Shown: positions 12,841-24,240 of the stretch, piece by piece
How positions within the stretch are numbered: the first letter of the stretch is position 1
Layout of the letters: each line of letters begins with the position of its first letter
Source of the DNA: Gekko japonicus
Taxonomy: Eukaryota
Assembly (NCBI RefSeq): GCF_001447785.1
Contig: NW_015167096.1
Coordinates: 128,304 to 192,303 of the forward strand
Direction: 5' to 3'
Length of the DNA stretch: 64,000 nt
Notes under the pieces: model-generated
Seen by the model: the letters and a program-made list of their open reading frames with translations, nothing else
The model's database searches: none
Told to the model about the DNA's origin: nothing
Made by a program: the position numbers and the translations under genes

Positions 12841-14234
12841 GAATATGCTGGATTTATTTATTTTGAAAATATATACGACACATTTCTAGACACCTGCTCA
12901 GTAGGAGATAGAAATGTTTTTGTTTGGGTGAGTATGAGCAAGATTGCCTGTTATGCATATTTGCATAGAATGGCCCTCTACTGAATGAAAGGACACTATA
13001 GTAGGAGTGTTTAACACTTTCCTTCTTTGTTATTTGTCTACTACAAATCACCCTTTCCCCACTGGCTTCCCCTACTAAGGTGTTCCAAAATGGGCATTTG
13101 CCCTTGCAAACATTTTTCTGCTGACAGTGGGCAGTCCCTCCTTCCCTAATTACTAATTAGGGGCTGAAGGGCCAGGAAGCCAGGATGGCTAGACAGGCTT
13201 GTGAAATCTCAGTGGTTCTAGAAGACTAGTAGTATAGGACCCTGGAGGCAAGATTCAAGGCATGAGATAGACCCTTACATACAAGCCTTGGTGGCCCTAG
13301 AGATAAGAGGACCAGAATCAAGGGTGCTAGCCTGGCTCAGACTGACATAGCATGATAGAACTGGCAATGACAATTGCTGCTATGGTGGGAGACCTCCCAT
13401 TGGTAACCCTTGTGCCCATTGCTGCTCCATTGGCCACAGGGGATGGTGTAGGTAAATTTTTTAATTGCTGTTGTACCGATGGTGTCAGGTCACTTCTGGG
13501 AAAAACCTGAAAGTGATGTCAGGTTGCTGTACTGGTGTGACATCATTTCCGGGTTTTCCCTGGAAATGATGTAACACCATTGTGCTTATGAAGCCTCTCA
13601 TGTCCCCCCTGATTCCCTCCAGTTGCTAGCCACTGGTTGGCAATCCTATTAATTAACAATATTAAGTGGCCCAGAGTCTCCCCTTGCACTTCACAGTTTG
13701 AGAAGAGATTTGAATTTTGGTCTCCCTCTTCCCAGTCCGGCACTCACTCCACTGTACCACACCAGCTGTCAGAAATTCAGAAATGTACTCTATGCCACTC
13801 ACAGACGGTTAAACATGACAGATCTATTATTCATGTTGAGCTAACGGACAGAGAAAAGAATGTTGCCTGATAATAAATATTGCATGGTCAGTGACGGAAG
13901 TGGTGTAACTTGTACAGGCGATTCAGTTTATATCAAAGGCCGTCCTTTTCTTCTCCTGAACCCCATTTGTTAATGTTATGGCTGTGACCCACCAACCGGT
14001 CAGAAGTTACAGAAGAATATCCCTGCTAGGAACAATTTCCATGTCTCCCATGTGGTGTAGTTTTCTGGTGGCCATTTAAAGATGACCTGAAAAAAAGGGG
14101 GAAATTTGCATATGCTAATTTATGCCCAGAGATGCAAATATATCCATAATTACTAGAACTGAAATAGAAATACAGCCCACTGTAGCACTAGCTCTGCCTA
14201 GTATCCAGGTGTGCTCAACGGGAAGATTTTCAAG

Positions 14235-14474
14235 CAGGCCCATAGCTACAGTGGGGCATTTCGGGGCCTGCCCCCCTGACTTCCATGCAGCCCCCAGGCC
14301 GACTCCCAACTCTCTGGGCCACCTGGAGGACTCCCTACCACCACCCTTTCCCCAAGCGCAGCTTGTTTCCCCTTGTAGGCAAGCAGACTGCGAACGCTGC
14401 AAAAGTGAGTTCTTAAGGGCCCCCAGACTTATTTAAAGGTCCCCCCAAATTACAAAATCGTGGCTATGACCCTG
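14235..14474. mobile_element. hAT MITE
   Basis: Imperfect TIRs caggcccatagcta / tggctatgaccctg; perfect 8-bp TSD ttttcaag (14227-14234, 14475-14482). Confidence 0.9.
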
Positions 14475-14503
14475 TTTTCAAGGTCTCCATTCTCCCATCT
14501 TAT

Positions 14504-15646
14504 TGTTAGCCAGCAAGGAGCTTTTTGCTCTCTTATGAACTATGAAATGTGTACCAGGGTGTAAAAGGACTATGATGCCAGGTAACCGGAGTGAGATGCC
14601 AGGCACACACACCAGCAGATGCCTGAGATGATGTGCCCATGGTTTCTAAGAGGTTGCTCTGTTCCAGAGACTTTTCCTATACACACCACAAGCACTACAC
14701 AAGCAGCCAGCTTGCCATTGCTGGTTAAGCCGTGGAGTCACAACGCCAAGTGACTGTTCCAGAAAGCTGACATGTTTCCCTCCCACAACATCTTCGTTGC
14801 TGCAAAGCCTACACAAAGGAACATCTTCCACAAACCCTTAACAAAAGGATTGGCTCAGCTACCCACCTGGGGAAACTCATTCCGGCAGTTTCAAGACAAA
14901 GAGGCTAATCAGTGATAGACGATGGCTCAACGTGCCATTCAGGTGTCTCTGTTACCAACTTAATTAACATCCAAATTACCCAATCTAGACCCCCTTACTC
15001 CACTGCATATGTGACTTTTTGGAACGGACCACAGAAGGGTTTTCTTCTGGGAGGGGTCCAGCAAGACCTCCCCCCCATGTCATCCCAAGGGAGGGGACCT
15101 GCATCGCCCACCTCCTAAGGTCGCCTAATGAAAGATGACACACAGAGATGCTCTCTCTCTCTCTTCCCGCCCAATGAACTCTATACTCTCTGCTTCTTGA
15201 AACTTGTGGCTAGCTTGCCACCCACCCTTGCCTTAAGACTCTTGGTCTGTGCAGCTAGAGTCCCATGTGCTTTCTGCTGGTTCGGTCTGCACGCTCCCTT
15301 TTCCTAGCATAATCCCCATTTTTCTAGTATTTCCTTATTTTTCCATTTGGAAGACTTCATCTCTTCAGGATCAGGTAAAAGTATTGCCCAAACAACAAAT
15401 CTCCTGCTAATGCAATTGAGCTATACCAATCTCTCTAAGTTTCCTAGCCCTGTATAATTGTGTGTGTGATTGTGTAATGTCTGAATGTGCATAAAATACA
15501 GTAAAAGACTTTGATTTAAACTAATATCAGCTTGCTTGTCTGTTACTAGTGCTCTGGATAAGTGGCAGCCTCTGTATACAAAGGTGAAAGCTCCCTTTGC
15601 CGATTGCTTATTAATAATAATTCATAATTCCCCAATATTGATAACA
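14504..15646 (+). mobile_element. Probable solo LTR (~1.14 kb)
   Basis: Termini TGTTA...TAACA; LTR-like composition with a pyrimidine-rich R/U5-like region and a poly(A)-signal-like stretch at ~15490-15510; no clean TSD. Confidence 0.5.
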
Positions 15647-16245
15647 ATTTAGAGCAATCAAGCTAACATTATGACTTATCTATAATTTACCTCAGACATC
15701 CTGGCTACCTTTAGCATCCCTTCTTCCAACTGCAGGTCACTCTGGGGCCCCTGTGGTTGCTCAGGAATCTAGTCTTCACAGTCCCTTCAATCAGTCTTAC
15801 AGGACAGAACCAGAACTGGACATTTCAGAGGACAGGCCTCAAAAAAGAAGACTGCCCTCTGAAAAAGAAGATAACATTGACCCACTGTATGATACCAATT
15901 ATTAGGTCAACTCCAAGTTTTGGGAACTCCAGGGCAAGATGCCACCAGAATCTTTTCCTTCTCTACTCCTTCATCTCCAGGCAGAGAAATAAAGTGGAAG
16001 GGGTTTGGTTCTTAGTGTTTGATATCATCATGGCTCATTCACCCAATAGGGTACTAGGATAAGCAGTAGACACCCCTCAACAATCCAGAGAAAGGCAGGG
16101 AATGGCAGAAAGGTAAGGGAATGGCAGTTACTGCTTTTATTCTTCTTAGCTGCTATCACTGCTTGGAGGGGCCTCTGTAGCCCCCAGGGGTTTGATCCTG
16201 CCACATGGGGCAAGAAGGTAGCTGCTGCTACTTTGTTATAGGAAG

Positions 16246-16449
16246 TAGGCTTGCCAAGTCCCCCAGGGGGCGGGGAAAACCCCGCCCCAGAGGCCCGTTC
16301 CCCACCGCTGGTGGATCGGGCCCCAGGGGGAACTCCACCCCCATGTGCACATCACCCGGAAGTGATGCGGGTACGCTGGGCACGCTGGGGGCAGGGCCAC
16401 AGTCATTCAAGGGAAAACTCTCCGGTAAGTTTCTGACTTGGCAACCCTA
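16246..16449. mobile_element. hAT (Blackjack-like) CpG-rich MITE, TIR TAGGGTTGCCA
   Basis: taggcttgccaagtc / gacttggcaacccta; TSD ataggaag / atatgaag (7 of 8); related to 44961 and 49440. Confidence 0.9.
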
Positions 16450-17596
16450 ATATGAAGTCACCAGCCAGTGGTGGGCCCTCTTGAAATTCTTGGGCCTCAG
16501 AAGTTGCCCATCAGTGCTGCCTGCTATTGCCAGCCTGGCCACGCTTGCTTGAGACATCTGCCTACTTGCTACCCTGCCTTCTTGCTATTAAGACAAGACT
16601 TCAGCATGGATATTTCTTTCCTCTTGGTTCTGTCTCTATTTCTGGCCTGGCTTGTGCTGCAGCCACTGTTACTTGACCTGTATGTAATCTTGAACCTGAT
16701 ATGTTAATGTTTCAGATCTATATGATTATTTAGAGTGTTCAAAGCACTTCCCATGTGTTAGCCCAGTAATTTTACCACAGCCCTGTAAAGTAGGTCAGTG
16801 TTATTATTATATTACTAATGTGTGTGTGTGTGGGGGGGGAGACACTGTACCTTTAAGAGAAAAGGAAAGGAGGAAGTCATTCTGATACCCTAAGAACGCA
16901 CACAAACACACCTCGCAGTGCAGTAATTTTTTTTCACCAGTGATCAAAGTTTAATGATAAATTCATCCCTGAGTTAAAACAAAAAAGGGAAGGAAGGGAG
17001 AATCCAAGCCCACAAAGACACTTTTGGGGTCAGGGAATCCCCTAGTCATTTACAGTTACTGATTCCTTCTTATGCTCTCTCTGGCTGTTTTAAAGTTTGC
17101 CTGAATGGGAGGACACATTCTCTTGTCTTTGGAGAAGGAGGGAAAGAAAACAGAACAGAAATGGGGGTGGGAAGAACGGACGGACGGAGATCGGTGAAGC
17201 CGCATCAAGTAGTCTCTTTATTGTTCACTGCAAATTGGCAGTGGAGAGAGCAAAAGATCCAGCACAAAACCACATCCAGATAACACGGGGCAATGCCATG
17301 ATGGCTGTGGAGTCAGCCCTGAATGGCCATAAAACAATGCAGACGTTCCGAAGTAAATTGATGCATGAGGAGAGTGGGGGTGCCATGCAGTGTAGCGGGA
17401 TATTTCCCTTCCAATGTGGCTGCGGTAAAACTGTGAGAGAAAAAACAAATGTAGAATGTCCCAGTGACTAGTCCAAAGTCACCCAGAGAGCTTCCTCAGC
17501 AAAGTGAGTATTCATTGGTACCTGTCAGTAGAAACTTGGTTAATAAAGGAAATTTGGGGTAAACAATGGAAAGGAAGCCAGGAGATCTACCATCCC

Positions 17597-17909
17597 CAGG
17601 GCTCTAGTCGGGGGGGAGCTCTCAGGTACGGAGCTCCGGAAGAGAACCTCTAGGGGGCGGGGCGGTCACGTGGTGAAGCCCCGCCCCCTTCTTTACCCCG
17701 CCCTCTGCTTCGATCCTCATTCCGTTTGGGAATGAGGATGAAGCAGGAGGGTAAGTAGCCGGGCCTTCTGACACACTTCCGGTGATGTCAGGGGGTGTGG
17801 CCTTCTGTCACTTCCGGTGATGTCAGGAGGCGTGGCATATGCAAATAAGTTATGCTAATGAGTTATGCTAATGAGCTCCGGCAGCTCTTTTTCTACAACA
17901 AGACCCCTG
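17597..17909 (+). mobile_element. hAT MITE, octamer-bearing family B
   Basis: cagggct...gacccctg; perfect TSD accatccc; subterminal ATGCAAAT and ATGCTAATGAG repeats. Confidence 0.92.
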
Positions 17910-18107
17910 ACCATCCCCATTCTTTGGGTGGAGACTTTAGACTAGTCAACAGTCAGAGCCTGGCTTTTGTGGGGTTACTTCTTAAATGATGACAGCACCT
18001 TGAAACCACCTCCCCCCAGTCTCATCAGGGGAACTTGTGCAAATTCCCTTTTTGAATACAAGATTCATTTCTGCTATTTCACTGGAATATCTGAAGGCAC
18101 TCTCACA

Positions 18108-18479
18108 CAGAGGTCATTTCGGGGGGGATCGTGGGGGATCGCAGTTGCCCCGGGTGATGTACGGGGGGCGGGGCACATGACGAAGCCCCGCCCCTGCTTC
18201 CGGCTGCCCGCTTCCGGCCCTCATTCAGCCAGGTGGAGGCAGGAGAAGAGGGAGGGTAAGTTACTTCCTCCCTGACTCTCCCCCACCCCTGCCTGCCTGG
18301 GGCCAGGGAGGGCCTTCGCGAAGCTTCCTTGCACTCCCGCCGGCCTTGCAGGTCCATCGCCGGGCCCCTCGTTGGGGGCAGGGTGTGTGGCCTTATGACA
18401 CACTTCCGGTGATGTCAGGGGGTGTGGCATATGCTAATGAGTTAGTTCCCCTAGCTCCTTTTCTACGAAACGACCCCTG
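18108..18479 (+). mobile_element. hAT MITE, family B
   Basis: cagaggtcatttcg / cgaaacgacccctg; perfect TSD ctctcaca; near-identical to 42508-42936. Confidence 0.95.
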
Positions 18480-18517
18480 CTCTCACACACTGCTCTGGAG
18501 TCAGCCACTGAGAGACA

Positions 18518-18792
18518 GCCAGTTTGGTGTAGTGGTTAGGAGTGCGAACTCTAACCTGGGAGAACCGGGTTTGATTCCCCACTCCTTCACATGCAGCTTG
18601 TGACCTTGGATTAGTTACAAGTTGTTTCAGAGCTGTTCTCTCAAGAACAGTCTTTGAAAAGCTCTCTCAGCTCCACCTACTTCACAGGGTGTCTGTTGTG
18701 GGAAGGGGAAGGGAAAAGAGATTGTAAACTGCTCTGAGAATCCTTCAGGTACTGAAGGGCGGGGTATAAATCCAATATCTTCTTCTCTTCTT
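18518..18792 (+). mobile_element. Squam3-type tRNA-derived SINE (young, gecko-like subfamily)
   Basis: gccagtttggtgtagtggtt A box, gggtttgattccc B box, L2-type tail and (CTT)n end. Confidence 0.9.
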
Positions 18793-19046
18793 TTAATGCC
18801 TGCCCTTCCCCACTACACAGCAGTCCAGCATGGGATGAAGCTCTGTTTCTCAGTCTTGCTTTCAAAACTGTTAGCAACTATGGCCTACACAAAGATAGTG
18901 GAAATGCACCAGCAATGAAAGTCTTTCTCTCCTTACAAAATGCAGACATAAACCAGCTATTGCCCGTTTATGATATCCACTGACAACATATCATCTGACA
19001 AAAGGGGTTGTCCTGATCTTTCTTTTCCCTCTCAACAACCCATCCC

Positions 19047-19318
19047 AGAAGAAGAAGAGATTGGATTTATACCCCACCCTTCACTTGGAGTTTTAGAGCA
19101 GCTTACAAACTCCTTTTCCTTCCCCTCCCCACAACAGAACCCTACAAGGTAGGTGGGGCTGAGAAAGCTCTTTCCAGAACTGTCCTCGAGAGAACACCTC
19201 TGACAGAACTATGGCTTGCCCAAGGTCATCCAGCAGCTGCAAGTGGAGGAGTGAGGAATCAAACCTGGTTCTCCCAGATGAGAGTCTGTGCACTTAACCA
19301 CTACACCAAACTGGCTCT
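19047..19318 (-). mobile_element. Squam3-type SINE
   Basis: Full-length reverse-complement homologue of 18518-18792. Confidence 0.9.
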
Positions 19319-20195
19319 CCTTTTTACATATCTCATCCGTGACTTTGAATTTCTCATCTCGGCTGTTCTGGTTCCCAGGTCCTCTTTTGATTTTGCTTCT
19401 TGTTGGTATGAATTGATCTAATGATTTTTTAATTTATATACAGTTTTCTGCCCACTTACATCAGATTTCCACTATATAACTTACATGTTTCATCTGGAAT
19501 GTGCAGAAGTAAATCAGTATCAGGCATCATACAGATTATCTATCATCTATCATTTATCATGTGTGTATGAGTGTGCATTATGTATAAATACCATATGAAT
19601 TTAATTGCATATAAACCTGTATACACAATATAATCAAATCTGCAAAATCAATAGTGGAAAGCGGACAAGAGAAATGGCTGACAAAAATATGAAAATAAGG
19701 TAACTAGGGATCATTTCATCCCTAATCCAAAGCAGTAAATATACTTCAAGAGTGGGAGATGCTCTTCTGTTTTCAGAGTGTTTATCTCAGCTTCACAACA
19801 GCATCCAGTGAGATAATTTGCCCACAAGGCAAGTTTGAATTAATATCTCATCCATGTCCTTCCACATGTCATTTTGTGCTCAGCTACAGAGCCAGAGAGA
19901 ACAGAACTGAGTTTTCACAACAACACAAACTGGCTGGAAACAGCAGTATTAGACTGAATCCTTTGGAAGAGCAGTCAGCTACTCCATAGCTCATTTCAAG
20001 TTGGGACGGACTACACCAAGACAAGAACTCACTTTGGCAGAGGTAAGGGGTGAAATAACAGACAGAGCTTTGCCCACTTTTCTTGTTCTGTTTGGCTTGG
20101 AGCAATCTGGTGACTGCTATCTGAAACAAGATTTTGTTTTAGTCTTTTGCATTTGCTAGGTTTGTTTTAATTGTTGTTGTTGTTGTTGTTGCTGC

Positions 20196-20400
20196 TGCTG
20201 TCAAGTCAAAGCTGATTTATGGTGACCTGGTAGAATTTTCAAGGCAAGATATATTCAGAGGTGGTTTGCCATTGCCTGCATCTGTGTCATGACACCAGTA
20301 TTCCTTGGTGATCTCCCATCCAAATACTAGCCAGGGCTGACCCTGCTTATCTTCAGAGATCTGCTGAGATCAGACTAGCCTAGGCTATTCAGGGTAGGGC
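20196..20400 (-). mobile_element. 5S-derived SINE (5S-Sauria-like)
   Basis: ctcccatccaaatactagccagggctgaccctgcttatcttcagagatctg is the reverse complement of the 5S core; (AAC)n tail. Confidence 0.85.
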
Positions 20401-20739
20401 TTAATGGACAGTGAGAAAAATGTGTTCTGTCTTCCACCCATAGCTGTTGCCGTCTTCCTTTTTTAAAGTCTTAGTTGTTATGTAGACACTATTTCATGCA
20501 GTGACATATTTCTCGATGTATGAAATAGATGAGCCCAAATGCCTTTGAGATAAGGGGTGGGGGGGAAAGGGTAAAGCTGTAACCTGCTTGTGATGCCTCT
20601 TGGAAGACATTGTCTCTGTTGCCCTTAGTATAGCTTGACTTAAACTGCCCAGTCAAAGCACAGCACAGTGGAACGGCAGCCAAAGAAAACATCTGGTTTT
20701 GGACAGGACTTGGCTTTCCTTTTGAGCAGGAGGGCTCTA

Positions 20740-21050
20740 TAGATCAGTCCCTTGCCTTGTCTAATTTCATTAATGTGATCCCGTGTCCATCGTCTGGCAG
20801 TTTAATAGCCATTATTTGTGGCCTCCATCAAATAAAGCCCCAGCCATAAATCTCACGCCACGTAAATGAAGATATAAATGCCAATCTGCATTACCGAATA
20901 ATATTTATGATTTTAATTAAATGAAACTCATTGTGACGTTTATTAGATAGCAAGTTACTTGTTAATGGCAACCAAATGACTCTGGCTGATCTGAGTAATT
21001 CTCAGAAATGCTCTTAATAATGATTGTGTTGTATGGGCAAGTCAAATAAT
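20740..21050. promoter_or_regulatory. Candidate conserved non-coding enhancer
   Basis: Repeat-free block with dense TAAT/ATTA, CCATAAA, CGTAAA, TTTATG, TTAATTAA and ATGGCAAC motifs and retained CpGs; conservation not tested. Confidence 0.4.
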
Positions 21051-21065
21051 AATAATAACAGTCTT

Positions 21066-21119
21066 GTCCACGGGGTCGTGAAGAGTCGGACTCGACTGTG
21101 CGACTGAACAACAAAAAAA
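21066..21119 (+). mobile_element. RTE-BovB / Sauria SINE 3' tail fragment
   Basis: gtccacggggtcgtgaagagtcggactcgactgtgcgactgaacaacaa matches the BovB-type terminus. Confidence 0.8.
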
Positions 21120-21535
21120 TATGGCAACGCTTGTGTGTGTGCTTAATAAAAGACAAACTAAGGATATGCAGATTTCCCCTTGTTCCATTCCTTTATTGTT
21201 CTGGAAGTTCACTCTGTACAGTGTTCTGTCCCTCCTCAGCTCCTGTTTCACTAGAAGAATTTCTGAAATCAGTCCCAGAATTGGTGCAGGCAGAGTTTGC
21301 CCGAATTTTCAGTTCCTGTATGCTGCTAATATGTAGAAGGCGCACTCTGATAAAAACCCGGTAAGAAAGGAATCTTGATGGTGAGTGATATGATTGATCA
21401 AAATTATTTTTTGATGTGTCTTACCAATGAACACAAGTGCAAATGTATACTAGCAAAACACTACATTAATGGAAAGGAGGCAATCGTATGTGCGATTTCT
21501 GGTGAGACTGCTGTAATAGCCCAGATTAGTCTGCT

Positions 21536-21684
21536 CTTAAAGACTAACAAAATTTGTGGCAGGGTATGAGCTTTTGTGAATTACTGCTCACTTTGTGACT
21601 CATGAAAGCTCATACCCTGTCACAAATTTTGTTAGTCTTTAAGGTGCTACTGGACTCTTGCTCTTTTCTACTGCTACAGACCAA
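21536..21684. mobile_element. Fold-back Penelope-like pLTR remnant
   Basis: ~44-bp inverted arms (cttaaagactaacaaaatttgtggcagggtatgagcttt / gaaagctcataccctgtcacaaattttgttagtctttaag); same family as 51251; CUGANGA core lost. Confidence 0.8.
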
Positions 21685-22927
21685 CTGATGTGGAGTGGAA
21701 CTTCATGGTGTCGCCATAAGTCAGTTGTGTTTGGATGGTGCACTACGTGATCAGTGCCCCTGAATATGTTATGTAATGCCGACAAGAGGGAAAGGACATG
21801 AATGAATTGATAGAACCAAAAGCTCCATCAGATACTTTCTGGACAAAATGCAGAAATAAGCTCTGACTCTCACACACTTATGCTTGAATAAATATTATTT
21901 ATTTTACAGGCCCAGTGTGGTGTAGTAGTTATAGTTTCAGACTAGGATCTGGACAACCTGGGTTTGAATCCCCACTCTGCCATGGAAGCTCTCTGAGTGA
22001 CTTTGGGCCAGTCACACACTCTTAACCTAACTTACCTCACAGGTTTGTAATTCTGAGGACAAAATGATTGGAGAGCAATGTTGTAAGCCATGTTGATTCT
22101 CTATCAGGGACAAAAGCAGAATAAAAACACCTGAATATATATTATTAATCTTTATGCGCCTCTGATCTCAAGGTTTTTGTTGGCATTACAGTTCACTTAA
22201 AATGCTGAAAGGTTGATTCTATCATGGAAGTTCAAATCTCTCTCTTTGTCTAGAGATCAGGCATTGCATTCTTACCCCATTCACTGCAAAATATGTTCAT
22301 TAAACTTCTGTGTGCCCTCATTTACACAGGAGAAGTTCCTCAAATACATGACAAATTTGAAACCATGCAGGGTAGCGGTTAGTGTATCTGGCTAGGAGAC
22401 CCAGGGTCACACATTCCTCTCCATGAAACTCAAATGGTGACCTTGAGCCAGTCATTCGTTCTCAGACCTACTTCATAGGATTGTTGTGAGGATAAAGTGC
22501 AGGATGGGGAAAAGCTATGAAAAGTGAGTAGGTTAAACAAGTACTGTACTAAATAAATAACAGCATTATATAAATCTCTGTGAGGTTAATACTGGCTTAA
22601 CACAGAGAGTAGAATTTCCATCCCCCCCCCCAGAAGCATTACGTTAATTTGGACCTCAAGATTTAATTGGTAGATGAATTAGTTCAAGATTGGAGGCAAG
22701 TTTTAATTAGTGGATCTTTCAGTTAAGATAGAACACAGTTCATTTGTAAAGCTATTGCTACCTCAATAGTAAATCATAAAGATCGAGATTTGAAGCTGGG
22801 TCTTCCAGTTTATTCCAATCCTGGTTCTCCCAGAACTTTTTTCCAGTTTTTTCTTTCAAAAGGAAATCCAGAAAAAAACAACAAAGGAAAAAACTCAAAA
22901 TCCAGCAACTAAATAGAGTTAAAGGCA

Positions 22928-23546
22928 GGGAGCGGTGGCGCAGGCAGTAAAGAGCCTGCAAAGTTAAATCTATCAATGAAAAGCCATAAGGCTGTTCGAG
23001 TCCCACCACGGCCAGGGTGAGCTCCCAGCCCAAGTCCTAGCTCCCGTCCACCCAGCGGTTCGAAAGCTTGCAAGTAGATAAATGGGTACCTGCCTTAGGT
23101 GCAGGGGGGCACCCGCCTTCGGAGGAGCAGCGGCGAGAAGGAGCGGTGGTGTTGGCGACAATGGGACAACCCAATCCAGCGGAGGATGGTGGAAAGATGG
23201 CAGAAGACAGCAGCAAAAACATTGAGCAGGCGAGTGGGGACTGGTCCGAAAGGCGCGGCGACGTGACGACGCAAGCTCGGCCGGAGCCAATTAGGATGGA
23301 GGCCGGTGCAGGGATCGTCACAGAGTTGTGGGCAATGGAACCACCCAGGAGGAGCCGCTGCAAGAGCTGGGCCGAGCTGAGCCACCGCGCAGAGTCGGAG
23401 GAAGAAGAGCCGCTGGATTAACAACTAGCTGGTAGGGTGCCTGATAGGCATTCCCCTCCCCAGTACTGTATGGCCCTAGCTAGGATCATTAAATTGTACT
23501 CTGTAAACCGCTCAGAGCCTTTCGGGGGTGAGCGGTCTAGAAATTG

Positions 23547-23579
<33 letters not shown>

Positions 23580-23580
23580 A
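22928..23580 (+). mobile_element. Composite SINE: tRNA head + Sauria/RTE-type 5' motif + CpG-rich body + L2-type tail
   Basis: A box tggcgcaggcagtaa, B box gttcgagtcc (22994-23003), gcggttcgaaagc...agtagataaatgggtacc motif, stem-loop accgctc...gagcggt and (TAAA)n end. Confidence 0.75.
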
Positions 23581-23589
23581 AAGAGAAGA

Positions 23590-23835
23590 AGAAAAACAAG
23601 AAAAGGTATACAAAGAGACAAAAATGTAATAACAGCAGTGGCAGATGTACACATAGGTTTCTACAGAGGATTTCCAAGTATCTAAAAATAACTCCATCAA
23701 TTGTTGTCTATATGCTGTGTGTTCAAATATTGATAGAGTTCTAAGGTCCTCAATCCATTGATTTACCAGAGGTGGGTTATCTTTCCATTGCTGTAATATA
23801 AGTCTTTTAGCAGCTGTAATAAGGGCATGAAGGGT
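23590..23835 (-). mobile_element. L1 ORF2 C-terminal fragment and 3' UTR
   Basis: Minus strand reads ALITAAKRLILQQWKDNPPLVNQWIEDLRTLSIFEH...LDTWK, typical of non-mammalian L1 ORF2 C-termini. Confidence 0.75.
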
Positions 23836-24086
23836 CAGTTTTCATTGACCATCGGTCAATGCAGACGGTTGTCCGAGAACTGTCACATCTCTGTGTGTGG
23901 TCGATTGTCTCAATCACCATGTTGGCCATTTTTCTACAGAAGAGAAAAAGGAATCAAGAGTAGCTCATGACCAAACCATCCACAATGCTGATGGTGCAAA
24001 TGGTCGGGAGTGGTCTTGACCATGGAATGACCAGAGCAACTGTCCCAGACTGTGCGGTGGGGGTGGGTGGGTTGAATCCAGCTGCG

Positions 24087-24240
24087 AGGGTTGCCAACTC
24101 TGGGTTGGGAAATTCATGGAGTTTTGGGGGGGGAGCCTGGGGAGGGGGGGGTTTGGGGAGGGGAGAGGCCTCAGTGGGGTAGAATGCCATAGAGTTCATC
24201 CTCCAAAGCAGCCATTTCCCCCAGCAGAACTGATTTCTTT
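24087..24240. mobile_element. Partial hAT Blackjack-like MITE (33380 family, inverted)
   Basis: agggttgccaactctgggttgggaaa...; reverse-complement homology to 33450-33598. Confidence 0.75.

Noticed and set aside
20290-20400. 5S rRNA-like sequences as real rRNA genes
   Set aside because: All are diverged and fused to the same RTE-type tail, so they are SINE heads
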